A stretch of DNA of 64,000 nt from Alphaproteobacteria bacterium (lineage in GTDB: Bacteria; Pseudomonadota; Alphaproteobacteria; Rhizobiales; Devosiaceae). Under the pieces are notes generated by a model. The model ran no database searches, had not been told where the DNA came from, and worked only from the letters and a program-made list of their open reading frames with translations. The stretch covers positions 5,458-69,457 of the forward strand of contig JAHJQZ010000068.1 in assembly GCA_018818925.1 (NCBI GenBank), given 5' to 3'. Both the position numbers and the translations under genes were made by a program. Each line of letters begins with the position of its first letter. The first letter of the stretch is position 1. Below, one piece after another: positions 9,853-20,782 of the stretch.

Positions 9853-10671
9853 ATGGCTGGAGCGCACAACAAAACCGAGAATGTCGCCGCCGCCCTGAAG
9901 GTCTTCGGCGTCCTTGAGGCGCTGGTCGAGGCCAAAAAGGCCAGCCTTGGCGACATCGCGCAACGCGCCATGACCTCCAAGGCCACCGCCCACCGCATCC
10001 TGCACACCATGACCGAACTCGGCTATGTCGCGCAGGATCCGGACACCGAGCGCTATTACGTCACGCTGAGCCTTTTCAGCCTGGCGGCGCGTTCGCTCAG
10101 CGGCCAGTCCGACCTGTTGCGCGTCGCCGACCAGGCGATGGGCAAGCTGTCGCGCGCCACCGGCGAGTCGATCAATCTTGGCGTCATGGACCGGCGCGAG
10201 CAGCTCGTCACCTATGTCCACAAATACGATTCCATCCACAACCTGTCGATGACATCGACGCTCGGCCTCAGAAACCCGCTGCATTCGACCTCGCTCGGCA
10301 AGGCGCTCCTGGCCTGGCGCGACGAGGCCGAAATCCGCGATCGCCTATCGCACTCGAAGATGGAAAAGATCGCGCCCAACACCATCACCGACCGCAACGC
10401 GCTGTTCGACCAGCTCATGCAAATCCGGCGGCGCGGCTATGCCGAGGAGATCGAGGAGAGCGAAGCCGGGGTCCGCTGCATGGCGGCGCCGATCCTCGAC
10501 CATCTGGGCAAGTCCGTCGCCGCCATCTCGATTTCCTTCCCGCTTTTCCGCTTCGACGAGGGGCGCAAGGCCGAATATGTCGCCCTGTTGCTCGCCAGCG
10601 GCGCCGAGGCCTCGACGGCGCTCGGGTTCGTCGAGGAGTATCCGGCGCAAAGCCTGCCGGTCACCGGCTGA
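9853..10671 (+). CDS. IclR family transcriptional regulator
   Basis: Only the C-terminal 272 codons of track ORF 8449..10671 look coding. Starts 'MAGAHNKTENVAAALKVFGVLEAL', has the HTH 'SLGDIAQRAMTSKATAHRILHTMTELGYV' and an IclR effector domain. Confidence 0.9.
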   Translation: MAGAHNKTENVAAALKVFGVLEALVEAKKASLGDIAQRAMTSKATAHRILHTMTELGYVAQDPDTERYYVTLSLFSLAARSLSGQSDLLRVADQAMGKLSRATGESINLGVMDRREQLVTYVHKYDSIHNLSMTSTLGLRNPLHSTSLGKALLAWRDEAEIRDRLSHSKMEKIAPNTITDRNALFDQLMQIRRRGYAEEIEESEAGVRCMAAPILDHLGKSVAAISISFPLFRFDEGRKAEYVALLLASGAEASTALGFVEEYPAQSLPVTG

Positions 10672-10690
10672 CCGCCATGCGATATCGGCA

Positions 10691-11011
10691 TCACGACATG
10701 TGAAAGACGGTTTCGAGCGGCACCGACACCGGTTCGTTGTCCGGGTGCGTCTGCATGAGGTCGGCCATGTGGACCCACCACCGGCGCATGACCTCGGTCG
10801 TTGCCAGCGCGTCGAGCCCGTGATCGGTTCGCCGCCACATCACGGCGAAAAGGATACTGGTCTCGCGGTCGAGATGGATCGAATAGTCCCTGACCCCGGC
10901 CTCGCGCAATGCCTCTTCCAGTTCCGGCCAGATCGCGTCGTGCCGGCGCCGGTACTCGGCTTCCATGCCCTTGTTGAGCATCATCTTGAAGGCAAATTTT
11001 TCCTCGCGCAT
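10691..11011 (-). CDS. rhaM: L-rhamnose mutarotase
   Basis: 106 aa from '[35 protein letters not shown]...[26 protein letters not shown]'. Near-colinear with my recollection of E. coli RhaM/YiiL. Confidence 0.85.
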   Translation of the reverse strand: MREEKFAFKMMLNKGMEAEYRRRHDAIWPELEEALREAGVRDYSIHLDRETSILFAVMWRRTDHGLDALATTEVMRRWWVHMADLMQTHPDNEPVSVPLETVFHMS

Positions 11012-11142
11012 CGCTGTCCTCCCTCGCCACCCGCACCATAGCGCCCCCGCCCGCAAGGCCAAGCCCGAAACATGCGGCCTTTCCTGCCTCGACGGGAGGC
11101 GCGAGAGAAGCGCAACGCCTGATCGCGCGATTTTCGCCCGGA

Positions 11143-11670
11143 TCAGCCGCCCTTCGGCCGGAAGCTCGCGACGATGTCCTCGCGCGTTTCGATCCGCCCG
11201 GCGCCGATCAGGTCGAGACAATAGGGAATGGCCGGGAACACCGCATCCAAGCAGGTCTTGATCGCCGTCGGCCTGCCCGGCAGCAAGACGATCAGGGTCC
11301 TGCCGCGAATGCCGGCCGTCTGGCGCGACAGGATCGCTGTGGGCACCTCATTGAGGCTGACGGCGCGCATCAGCTCCCCGAAGCCCGGCAGTTCCTTGTC
11401 GATGACCGAAAACAGCGCTTCCGGCGTCTCGTCGCGCAGCGACGGGCCGGTGCCGCCTGTGACCAGGATCAGATCGGCCCCGGCTTCATCGCTCAACTCG
11501 GCCAGCGCCGCGGCGACGCTGTCGGCGCCGTCCGGCACGATCCGGCTGACATGCGCGTAGTCCGAACAAACGGCCGTCGCCAGCCAGGCGGCGATGGCCG
11601 GCCCGCTCCTGTCCTCGTAGACGCCGGCGCTCGCCCGGTCGGAGACGGTCACGGATGCGATCAGGACCAT
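11143..11670 (-). CDS. mog: Molybdopterin adenylyltransferase (MogA)
   Basis: '[21 protein letters not shown]', '[17 protein letters not shown]', 'LPGFGELMR', '[24 protein letters not shown]' match MogA motifs. Confidence 0.85.
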   Translation of the reverse strand: MVLIASVTVSDRASAGVYEDRSGPAIAAWLATAVCSDYAHVSRIVPDGADSVAAALAELSDEAGADLILVTGGTGPSLRDETPEALFSVIDKELPGFGELMRAVSLNEVPTAILSRQTAGIRGRTLIVLLPGRPTAIKTCLDAVFPAIPYCLDLIGAGRIETREDIVASFRPKGG

Positions 11671-11691
11671 GTCGTCACCTCCTCGATCGCT

Positions 11692-12609
11692 TCAGAATGC
11701 CAGGCCGGGTTCCGGCCGTCCGCCGATCCGTTCGATCGCCAAGGCGCCGAGCCGGTTGCCGGCATGAAGGCATTGCGCCAGCGGCTTCTTCTCACGCCAG
11801 GCCGAGATGAATCCGGCAAGAAAGGCATCGCCGGCCCCGGTCGTATCGATCGCCTCGCGCGCCGTGCCGGCGACGAAGACCGGCGCCTCGCCGCCGACCA
11901 CGGCATGGCTGCCTTCCGCGCCGGATTTGACCACGGCGGCGGGATAGCTTTGCGCCAGCGCCGCCAGTTGCGCCGCCGGATCGGTCATGCCGGTGATGAG
12001 CGCCGCCTCGTCCGCATTGGCCACGACCAGCGTCGCGCCCTGGGTCCATTCGAGGAAGGACCGCCCGCCGGACTCGGCCAGGAACCCGGCGCTTGCCGCG
12101 TCGACCACGACCGGCAGCCGGCGCTGGCGCGCCGCTTCGATCATCTTGAGCACGCAGGCGCGCGGCTCGGGCGCGAAAAACGAATAGCCCGACAGCACCA
12201 CCAGTCCGGTATTGGCGCGCCAGTGCGGCGACAGGTCGGCATAGCTCAGGCCGAGATTGGCGCCGCGGTCGGCAAAGAAGCTGCGCTCGCCGGACGGATC
12301 GAGCAGCGTCACCAGCCGTCCGCTGTGCCGGACCGGATCGTCGGACAGAAGCGGCTCGACCCCCTCGGCCCTGAGCCGCGCGGCGATGGCGTCGCGATCC
12401 TTCGAGCCGACCCGGGCGAACAGGGCAACCGGCACGCCGCACGCGGCCAGCCAGGCCGCCTGGTTGGCCGCCGAACCGCCTTCGACGATGCTGATCGCCG
12501 CCCGCCTGTCCGAGCCCCTGACCGCCGGCCCCTCGGCCTTGACGACGATGTCGGTCATGATGTCGCCGGCGACCAGCACACGGCCGGCAATGTCCGGAAG
12601 CGCGTTCAT
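11692..12609 (-). CDS. PfkB-family carbohydrate/nucleoside kinase (probable pseudouridine kinase by context)
   Basis: 'GGSAANQAAWLA' and C-terminal 'DTTGAGDAFLAGF' PfkB signatures. ATGA start/stop overlap with psuG. Confidence 0.8.
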   Translation of the reverse strand: MNALPDIAGRVLVAGDIMTDIVVKAEGPAVRGSDRRAAISIVEGGSAANQAAWLAACGVPVALFARVGSKDRDAIAARLRAEGVEPLLSDDPVRHSGRLVTLLDPSGERSFFADRGANLGLSYADLSPHWRANTGLVVLSGYSFFAPEPRACVLKMIEAARQRRLPVVVDAASAGFLAESGGRSFLEWTQGATLVVANADEAALITGMTDPAAQLAALAQSYPAAVVKSGAEGSHAVVGGEAPVFVAGTAREAIDTTGAGDAFLAGFISAWREKKPLAQCLHAGNRLGALAIERIGGRPEPGLAF

Positions 12610-13523
12610 CCGCGCCGGGCGAGCGCCACGGCGATCCGGGCGGCCACTTCGGCATTCGAACGCGCCAGTTCGATATTGGTCTTGAGGCTCTTGCCGCCGG
12701 TCAGTTCGAAAATCGCGTTGAGGAGAAACGGCGTGATGTCCTTGCCCCTGACGCCCCGCATGTCGGCCTGGTGCAGCGCCGCCTTGATCCAGTTCTCCGC
12801 CGTCTCGCGGTTGATTTCGAATGCCTCGGGCACCGGGTTGGCGATCAGCGCGCCGCCGAGGCCGAGATCGAAATGCAGATGCAGCATGTCCGCCAGGCTG
12901 TCGACATCGTCGAAGCGGAGATCGAGCTTGTGGCCGGATGTGCGCGAGTAGAACACCGGGAAATCGTCGGTCCGCCAGCCGATGACGGGCACGCCGTGCG
13001 TTTCGAGCACCTCGAGCGTCTTGGGGATATCGAGAATGGCCTTGGCGCCGGCGCAGACCACCGCCACCGGCGTCCGACTCAGTTCCTCGAGATCGGCAGA
13101 GATGTCGAAACTCGTCTCGGCGCCGCGATGCACGCCGCCGATGCCACCGGTGGCGAATACATGGATGCCGGCCATGGCGGCGATCATCATCGTGGTCGCC
13201 ACCGTCGTGCCGGCGAGCCCGCCTTGTACCAGTGCCGACGCCAGATCGCGCCGCGACGCCTTGGACGCGGCATGCCCTTGCTCCGACAGCCGCTCGAGTG
13301 CTGCCTCGTCGACGCCGGCGACCATCTGGCCGTCCATGATGGCGATGGTCGCCGGCACGGCGCCGTGCTTGCGCACCAGATCCTCGACGCTCCGCGCCAT
13401 CTTGAGGTTCTGCGGATAAGGCATGCCATGGGTGATGATGGTGGATTCGAGCGCCACCACCGCCTGGCCCCGGTTCAGCGCCTCGCGCACATGCGCCCCT
13501 AGGAGCAGTCTGTCGGTAATCAT
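12606..13523 (-). CDS. psuG: Pseudouridine-5'-phosphate glycosidase
   Basis: 'VVALESTIITHGMPYPQN', 'ATIAIMDGQ', 'VFATGGIGGVHRG', 'DISADLEEL' are hallmarks of PsuG/YeiN (indigoidine synthase A-like). Confidence 0.9.
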   Translation of the reverse strand: MITDRLLLGAHVREALNRGQAVVALESTIITHGMPYPQNLKMARSVEDLVRKHGAVPATIAIMDGQMVAGVDEAALERLSEQGHAASKASRRDLASALVQGGLAGTTVATTMMIAAMAGIHVFATGGIGGVHRGAETSFDISADLEELSRTPVAVVCAGAKAILDIPKTLEVLETHGVPVIGWRTDDFPVFYSRTSGHKLDLRFDDVDSLADMLHLHFDLGLGGALIANPVPEAFEINRETAENWIKAALHQADMRGVRGKDITPFLLNAIFELTGGKSLKTNIELARSNAEVAARIAVALARRG

Positions 13524-13754
13524 ATCGATCCTCTTTTATTCAACCTGCGAGACACTCTGTGACGGCCTGTCGCGAACGTGATGCGATTCTTGGAAGAATG
13601 TGTACACGCCCGGCTTTCGTCGGAATGCGCGGCGCCCGTGTGGCAATTCGCCTCTTGTCATTCGCTTACGCCGCCTGTTGACGCCGATCAAGCCGAACAC
13701 CACCTCTCGGTCGAACCACGCCCCGATACTTTTGTCATGAACGGAAAACCGGCA

Positions 13755-14918
13755 ATGAAGACTCTGCTCGCAGTTCTTGTGCCAATACTCGCCGTCGCCA
13801 GTCCCGCATTCGCGGCTGACGAGGAACGCTATGCCTTCGGCGGCGATCAGTACGTCGCCGGTCGCGAGGCTTCGCTGTCGCAAAGCGTCGAGAACGACGC
13901 CTTCGCCGCCGGTTTCAACGTCGTGCTGTCGTCGCCCGTCAATGGCGACGCCCACGCCGTCGGCTATTCGGTCACCATAAACGGCCCGGTCTCCGGCAAT
14001 GTCTACGCTGCCGGCAATTCGGTTGTCGTCGCTGGTCCGGTCGAAAAGGACGTCACGGCGTTCGGCAGCACCGTCAGCCTGAGCGGTTCGGGCACCATCT
14101 CCGGCAATCTGCGCACCGCAGGCGGCAGCGTCACGCTCGACAAGGCCATTGCCGGCTCCGCCATGATCGCCGGTGGCACCATCAGCGTGAACGCCCCGAT
14201 CGCCGGCAACCTGATGCTGTCGACCGAATCCGCCAGCTTCGGCCCCAACGCCCGCGTCGACGGCATGGTCGAAATCCGCGCGCCCAAGCCGATCGAGGTG
14301 CCCGAATCCGTCGCCCCGGCCAGCCGGGTCAGTTTCGTCAGGATTGAGCCGACCGTCATTGCCGGCGACGCCAAGGGCATTTTCGACCGCGCCGCCGAAG
14401 GCCACACCAATTCCTGGATCGGCGCGGTCTTCGGGGCCATCGCCGTCATCGTTTATGGCGCCGTGCTTCTGGCGCTGTTCCCGCGCCGCGCCGAGGCCGG
14501 TTTCATGACCGCCATGGCCAAGCCGTGGAAGAGCCTGTTGTTCGGCCTGCTCGCGGCTTCCGTCTATGTCGGCCTCATCCCGGTTCTGGCCGCCACGCTG
14601 ATTGGCATCCCGCTGGTGCCCGTCGCCGTCGTGCTGCTGGTTCTGGCGGCGCTGACCGGGTTCGTCGCCGGCGCCTACTTCCTCGCCGACCGCGTGCTCG
14701 GCGCCTTCGGCTACGAGACCGATACGCTGTGGAAGCGGGTCGGCGCCCTTGCCATCGGCCTGATCGCCGTCTGGATTCTCGGCATCATCCCACTCGTCGG
14801 CTGGCTGCTGCAATTCGGCCTCGGCCTGTTCGGCCTGGGGGCCCTCGCCTTCTCGTCCGTCGGCCGGCGCATCGACGCCGATTTCCACCGCGAGATCGCC
14901 GCCACAGCCGGGCTGTAG
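13755..14918 (+). CDS. Membrane protein: signal peptide + bactofilin-like beta-helical repeat region + C-terminal polytopic membrane domain
   Basis: Start taken at 'MKTLLAVLVPILAVASPAFAADE'. Has about 9 imperfect 'xVxGDVxAAGxxVxLxG'-type repeats, then 4-5 hydrophobic helices. An alternative ATG is at 13737. Confidence 0.7.
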   Translation: MKTLLAVLVPILAVASPAFAADEERYAFGGDQYVAGREASLSQSVENDAFAAGFNVVLSSPVNGDAHAVGYSVTINGPVSGNVYAAGNSVVVAGPVEKDVTAFGSTVSLSGSGTISGNLRTAGGSVTLDKAIAGSAMIAGGTISVNAPIAGNLMLSTESASFGPNARVDGMVEIRAPKPIEVPESVAPASRVSFVRIEPTVIAGDAKGIFDRAAEGHTNSWIGAVFGAIAVIVYGAVLLALFPRRAEAGFMTAMAKPWKSLLFGLLAASVYVGLIPVLAATLIGIPLVPVAVVLLVLAALTGFVAGAYFLADRVLGAFGYETDTLWKRVGALAIGLIAVWILGIIPLVGWLLQFGLGLFGLGALAFSSVGRRIDADFHREIAATAGL

Positions 14919-15104
14919 GCCTGGCTGCATCCGGTTCGAAACCACCCTGGCGTCCGATGGATGCCGGGGTGTTTCCTTGTCCGGATGGGCAAAATCTGCT
15001 GTGGAATGTGACGCGCTTTTGGTAATATGTTGCGCCCTCGACTTTTCGGCCGCACACCGAAGGTCGCAGACCCCTCCAACGCCGACAGGGAGTACCAGAA
15101 GCTA

Positions 15105-16193
15105 ATGAAACAAGTCCTCGCGCTTGCCGTAGGAATGAGCATTCTCGCCATCCCCGCTCTCGCCCAGGAAGAGCCCGTCCTCAACATTTACAATTGGTCG
15201 GACTACATCGCTGAAGACACGATCTCGAATTTCGAGGCCCAGACTGGCATCAAGGTCAACTACGACGTCTTCGACGGCAACGAGGTGCTTGAAGCCAAGA
15301 TGCTGACCGGCAGCTCGGGCTACGATGTCGTCGTGCCCACCAACAATTTCCTCGAGCGCCAGATCCAGGCCGGCATCTATATGGAGCTCGACGCGTCCAA
15401 GCTTCCCAACCTGAAGAACATGGACCCGGCGATCATGACGACGCTGGCCATCTCGGATCCCGGCAACACGCACGCGATCGTCTACATGTGGGGCACCACC
15501 GGCATGGGTTATTCGGCCAAGGCCATTGCCGAGCGCATGCCCGACGCCCCCAGCGACAGCTGGGACATGATCTTTGATCCCGAGATCGCCAAGAATTTCG
15601 CCGATTGCGGCATCACCATGCTCGATGCCCCGGCCGAAGTGATGTCGGCAGCCCTCAACTATCTCGGACTCGATCCGCTGAGCGAGGATGAAGGCGATCT
15701 GCAGAAGGCGACGGACCTCGTCCTCAGCGTCAGGCCCTATATCCGCTACTTCCATTCTTCCCAGTACATTTCCGATCTCGCCAATGGCGATATCTGCCTG
15801 TCGCTGGGCTGGTCGGGCGACATTTTCATCGCCCAGGCGCGCGCCGTCGAAGCCGCCAACGGCGTCGAGGTCGTTTACGTCATTCCGAAGGAAGGCGCCC
15901 AAGTCTGGACCGATAACATGGCGATCCCCAAGGATGCGCCGCATCCGGACAATGCCCACAAGTTCATCAACTACATCATGGAGCCCGAGGTCGTCGCGGC
16001 GATTTCCGACTACGTGTTCTACGCCAACGGCAATGCCGCCTCGACACCATTGATCGACCCGGCGGTCACCGGCGATCCGGCCATCTATCCGCCGGACGAC
16101 GTCAAGGCGAAGCTGTTTGCCATCAAGTCGCACAGCCCGGCCTACGACCGTCTGCTGACGCGTGCATGGACACGCATCAAGACCGGACAATAA
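15105..16193 (+). CDS. potF: Putrescine ABC transporter substrate-binding protein
   Basis: 'NIYNWSDYIAEDTISNFEAQTGIKVNYDVFDGNEVLEAK', 'YFHSSQYISDLANGDICLSLGWSGD', 'VFYANGNAAS' closely parallel my recollection of E. coli PotF. Signal peptide 'MKQVLALAVGMSILAIPALA'. Confidence 0.9.
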   Translation: MKQVLALAVGMSILAIPALAQEEPVLNIYNWSDYIAEDTISNFEAQTGIKVNYDVFDGNEVLEAKMLTGSSGYDVVVPTNNFLERQIQAGIYMELDASKLPNLKNMDPAIMTTLAISDPGNTHAIVYMWGTTGMGYSAKAIAERMPDAPSDSWDMIFDPEIAKNFADCGITMLDAPAEVMSAALNYLGLDPLSEDEGDLQKATDLVLSVRPYIRYFHSSQYISDLANGDICLSLGWSGDIFIAQARAVEAANGVEVVYVIPKEGAQVWTDNMAIPKDAPHPDNAHKFINYIMEPEVVAAISDYVFYANGNAASTPLIDPAVTGDPAIYPPDDVKAKLFAIKSHSPAYDRLLTRAWTRIKTGQ

Positions 16194-16257
16194 GCAATAC
16201 CGTCCGACCGGGGCGCCCCAGCGGGCGCTCCGGCTCCCTTTGTCTCCGGGGGTTTTG

Positions 16258-17405
<1,148 letters not shown>

Positions 17406-17409
<4 letters not shown>

Positions 17410-18362
17410 CCCTCATGGACTCGCTTGCCGCCGACAGCCGACCCTGGGCCTTCCTCCGCCGCCTTCTGGCAAAAGCCGGCCTTTCCGGGCGCGGACTGGT
17501 CATTGCCGCGCCGATGCTCTGGCTACTGGTGTTCTTCCTGGTGCCGTTCCTCGTGGTGACCAAGATCGCATTGAGCGAACTGGTCATCGCCTCGCCGCCC
17601 TACGCGCCGATGATCGAGTGGACCAAAGGCGGGGAACTGATCGTCAAGCTCAACTTCGGCAATTTCCAGTTCCTGTTCTCCGAGCCGCTCTATCTCAACG
17701 CCTATCTCGGTTCGATCAAGTTCGCGGCGATCTCGACCCTCATCGCCCTTCTGATCGCCTATCCGATGGCCTATCTGATCGCCCGTTCCGGCGAACGCAC
17801 GCGCAATGTCCTTTTGATGCTGGTCATCCTGCCGTTCTGGACCTCGTTCCTGTTGCGCGTCTACGCCTGGATCGGGTTTTTGAAGGGCAATGGCGTGGTC
17901 AACAATGTCCTGATGTCGGTGGGGATCATCCACGATCCCATCGTCATGCTGCAGACCGACTTCGCCGTCTATCTCGGCATCGTCTACACTTATCTGCCCT
18001 TCATGATCCTGCCGCTCTATGCCAATCTCGTGAAGCTCGAGGACGATCTGCTCGAAGCCTCGGCCGATCTCGGCGCCCGCCCCTTCATGACGTTCCTGAC
18101 CATCACTCTGCCGCTCAGCCTGCCCGGCATCATTGCCGGCTCGATGCTGGTCTTCATTCCGGCGGTCGGCGAATTCGTCATCCCGGCCCTGCTCGGCGGT
18201 CCCGACACGCTGATGATCGGGCGGATCCTGTGGGACGAGTTCTTCTCCAACCGCGACTGGCCCGTCGCCTCCTCGGTCGCCATCATCATGGTCGTGGCGC
18301 TGGTCTTCCCGATCATGATCATGCGCAGCGCCCAGGATCGGATGGAGGAGAAGGCGAAATGA
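17406..18362 (+). CDS. potH: Putrescine ABC transporter permease
   Basis: ATGA overlap with potG. Polytopic, with the EAA loop 'LEASADLGARPFMTFLTITLPLSLPG'. Confidence 0.9.
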
Positions 18363-19168
18363 AGCGTTCGCCCGTCCTCAAAATCGCGACCGTCCTCGGC
18401 TTCCTGTTCCTTTACGCGCCGATCGTCTCGCTCGTCGTGTTTTCCTTCAACGAGAACAGGCTCGTCACCGTCTGGTCGGGATTCTCGCTCAAATGGTATG
18501 GCGAGCTTTTCCAGAACGACCAGCTCGTCGGCGCCGCCATCCTCAGCCTCCAGATCGCCGCGGTCAGCGCTACGCTCGCCCTCGTCCTCGGCACCCTCGC
18601 CTCGGTGGCGCTCGTCAGGTTCCGGCGCTTCCGCGGCAAGACGCTGATGATCGGCATGGTCTCGGCGCCGCTCGTCATGCCCGACGTCATCATCGGGCTG
18701 TCGCTGCTCCTGCTCTTTGTATCCATGGAACAGCTGATCGGCTGGCCGGCCGGGCGCGGCACGCTGACCGTGATCATCGCCCATGCGACCTTCGGCATGG
18801 CCTATGTCACCGTCGTGGTGCAGTCGCGTCTTTCCGATCTCGACATCTCGCTCGAGGAGGCGGCCCAGGACCTCGGAGCGACACCGGCGCGGGTGTTTTT
18901 CGACATCACCCTGCCGATCATCTCGCCGGCCCTGGTTTCCGGCTGGCTTTTGAGCTTCACCCTGTCGCTCGACGATCTCGTCATAGCGAGCTTCGTCAAC
19001 GGCCCGGGCTCCTCGACCCTGCCCATGGTGATCTTTTCCAAGATCAGGCGCGGCGTTTCCCCCGACGTCAACGCCCTGGCCACGATCATCATCGGCCTTG
19101 CCGCCATCGGCGTCCTGATCGCGATGCTGATCGCCCTGCGGCAGGGCAAGCCCCGGCGGACGGCCTGA
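18359..19168 (+). CDS. potI: Putrescine ABC transporter permease
   Basis: ATGA overlap with potH. EAA loop 'LEEAAQDLGATPARVFFDITLPIISPA'. Confidence 0.9.
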   Translation: MKRSPVLKIATVLGFLFLYAPIVSLVVFSFNENRLVTVWSGFSLKWYGELFQNDQLVGAAILSLQIAAVSATLALVLGTLASVALVRFRRFRGKTLMIGMVSAPLVMPDVIIGLSLLLLFVSMEQLIGWPAGRGTLTVIIAHATFGMAYVTVVVQSRLSDLDISLEEAAQDLGATPARVFFDITLPIISPALVSGWLLSFTLSLDDLVIASFVNGPGSSTLPMVIFSKIRRGVSPDVNALATIIIGLAAIGVLIAMLIALRQGKPRRTA

Positions 19169-19318
19169 CGGCGGCGGACGCGCCTACCACACGCCCGGCA
19201 GCAGCCGGAACCGCGTGCGCGCGGCGAAATCGGCATAGCCGGGCAGTTCGGCCAAGAGGGCACAGTCCTCTTCGATGCACACCAGCAGATGACCGAAAAC
19301 CGCGCCGGCGCGATTGCG

Positions 19319-19618
19319 TCAGGTGACCGACAGCAAAGTCACGAGAGCAAGGCTGGCGACCCGGGCAAGATAGGCATGCAGCGCCGAACCCTCATGGCGC
19401 GCCGCCGCGCGCCATACGCCGACACAGGCGACGAGATTGTAGGGCACCGAGAAGGCGTAGCCTGCGACCAGGGCCTCGATGAAGCGGCCGTTCACCGCCA
19501 GCACGACGAACAGCGCGCTGGTCAGAAAATTGACCGCAAGACCGATGGCGACGGCCCAGATCCAAAAGGCGTCGGCAAGCGGCATCTCGCCGTTCCACAG
19601 GGCGCGCAGCGTTTTCAT
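19319..19618 (-). CDS. Small hypothetical membrane protein (about 3 TM helices)
   Basis: 99 aa from 'MKTLRALWNGEMPLADAFWIWAVAIGLAV'. Strong GC3 codon bias. No family recognised. Confidence 0.6.
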   Translation of the reverse strand: MKTLRALWNGEMPLADAFWIWAVAIGLAVNFLTSALFVVLAVNGRFIEALVAGYAFSVPYNLVACVGVWRAAARHEGSALHAYLARVASLALVTLLSVT

Positions 19619-19673
19619 TGGCCAGTGATGGCAGAAAACCACATAGGGGACAATTGCCTGTCCGAAAGGGTTC

Positions 19674-20597
19674 TCAGCGCCGCGTCGCCGCCACTTGCCG
19701 CTCGCGCCACCAGATGTAGAAGCCGGCGCCAAGCACGATCGGGGCGCCGATGAAGATGGAAAGGCCCGGCGGCTGCGCAAAGACCAGCCAGCTCAAAACC
19801 GAGGCAAAGATCACCTGTGGATAGACGAAGGGCGACAAGACCGAGGCCTCGGCATAGCGATAGGCCACGGAGAGCATGATGTGGCCGGCGAGGCCCCCGA
19901 GCCCCAGCGACAGGAACACCGCCCAGTCGAGGACATTGGTCGGCCATTGCCAGCCGAGGAAGATGAACGGCAAGAAGATCGCCGTCGGGATCATCGCCGA
20001 ATAGAGCTGCTGGATGATCGGCGAATCGACGCCGGCCAGCTTGCGGTTGAAGATGTTGTAGAAGGCGTAGCAGACGATCATCACCAATAAGAGCAGCATG
20101 GCGGGATGGAATTCGGCCCCGCCCGGCTGGATGATGATCAGGACACCGCCAAAGCCGATGACGATCGCCACCCAGCGCCGCCAGCCGATCTTTTCGCCGA
20201 GCATCGGGATCGACAGGATCGAGGTGACGATCGGCGTGGCGAACAGCATGGCGCTTGTGATGGTCAGCGGCAGATAGGCCAGGGCGATGAAGTTCATCGC
20301 CGTCGTGCCCATGAGCCCCAGCGCCCGGAACACCTCGAGCTTGAGATTGGCGGTGCGGAAGGCCTCGCCGCCATAGCGGGGCACCAACCAGATCAGCATG
20401 AACACAAATTGCGTGCCATAACGCACGAAGATGACCTCGTGCGGCGGGATGCCGGCAAGCGCCAGCCACTTGGCGCTCGAATCGAGTATGGCGAACAACA
20501 GGACCGCGGCGACGACCAGACCGATGCCGAGCACCAGCCGGTCCTCGCGCGGTTTGACGACGGCCGCCCGTCTGTTGCCGGGGCCGGGTGAAGCCAT
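19674..20597 (-). CDS. DMT superfamily transporter (EamA-like)
   Basis: 307 aa, 10 predicted TM helices, two EamA-like halves ('FAILDSSAKWL', 'RWVAIVIGFGGVLIIIQPG'). Confidence 0.85.
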   Translation of the reverse strand: MASPGPGNRRAAVVKPREDRLVLGIGLVVAAVLLFAILDSSAKWLALAGIPPHEVIFVRYGTQFVFMLIWLVPRYGGEAFRTANLKLEVFRALGLMGTTAMNFIALAYLPLTITSAMLFATPIVTSILSIPMLGEKIGWRRWVAIVIGFGGVLIIIQPGGAEFHPAMLLLLVMIVCYAFYNIFNRKLAGVDSPIIQQLYSAMIPTAIFLPFIFLGWQWPTNVLDWAVFLSLGLGGLAGHIMLSVAYRYAEASVLSPFVYPQVIFASVLSWLVFAQPPGLSIFIGAPIVLGAGFYIWWRERQVAATRR

Positions 20598-20782
20598 GAA
20601 GCGCGCCTAACGTTGGAAACCGGGCAGGAAGGTTCGGTATTTGCGGTGCCCCGACCGGCGGCGTCAAGCGCCTAGAGCGGCGAAACGGTTCAACTTGAAC
20701 GCGCCGCCCGGACTGGCCCTTGACAGCACGCGCCGTTCGGCGTTCCTCCTCCCGTCCGCCAATCCGCATCGCAGTTGTGCCC

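Noticed and set aside
8449-10671. 740-aa plus-strand ORF spanning the GH gene and the IclR gene
   Set aside because: The first ~468 codons are the antisense shadow of the GH88/105 gene and the intergenic region, with Arg/Gly/Pro-rich low-complexity translation. Only the C-terminal 272 codons (from ATG 9853) have IclR features.
13536-14945. 469-aa minus-strand ORF
   Set aside because: It is antisense to the beta-helix membrane protein gene. The Gly/Asp/Ala-rich translation simply mirrors the Val/Gly/Ala repeats on the plus strand, which has a signal peptide and TM helices.
19319-19321. TGA as selenocysteine or programmed readthrough joining the membrane ORF to the 44-codon extension
   Set aside because: No SECIS-like hairpin follows the TGA, and the two parts have unrelated character (a TM protein versus a soluble-looking tail). 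A gene remnant is the simpler explanation.
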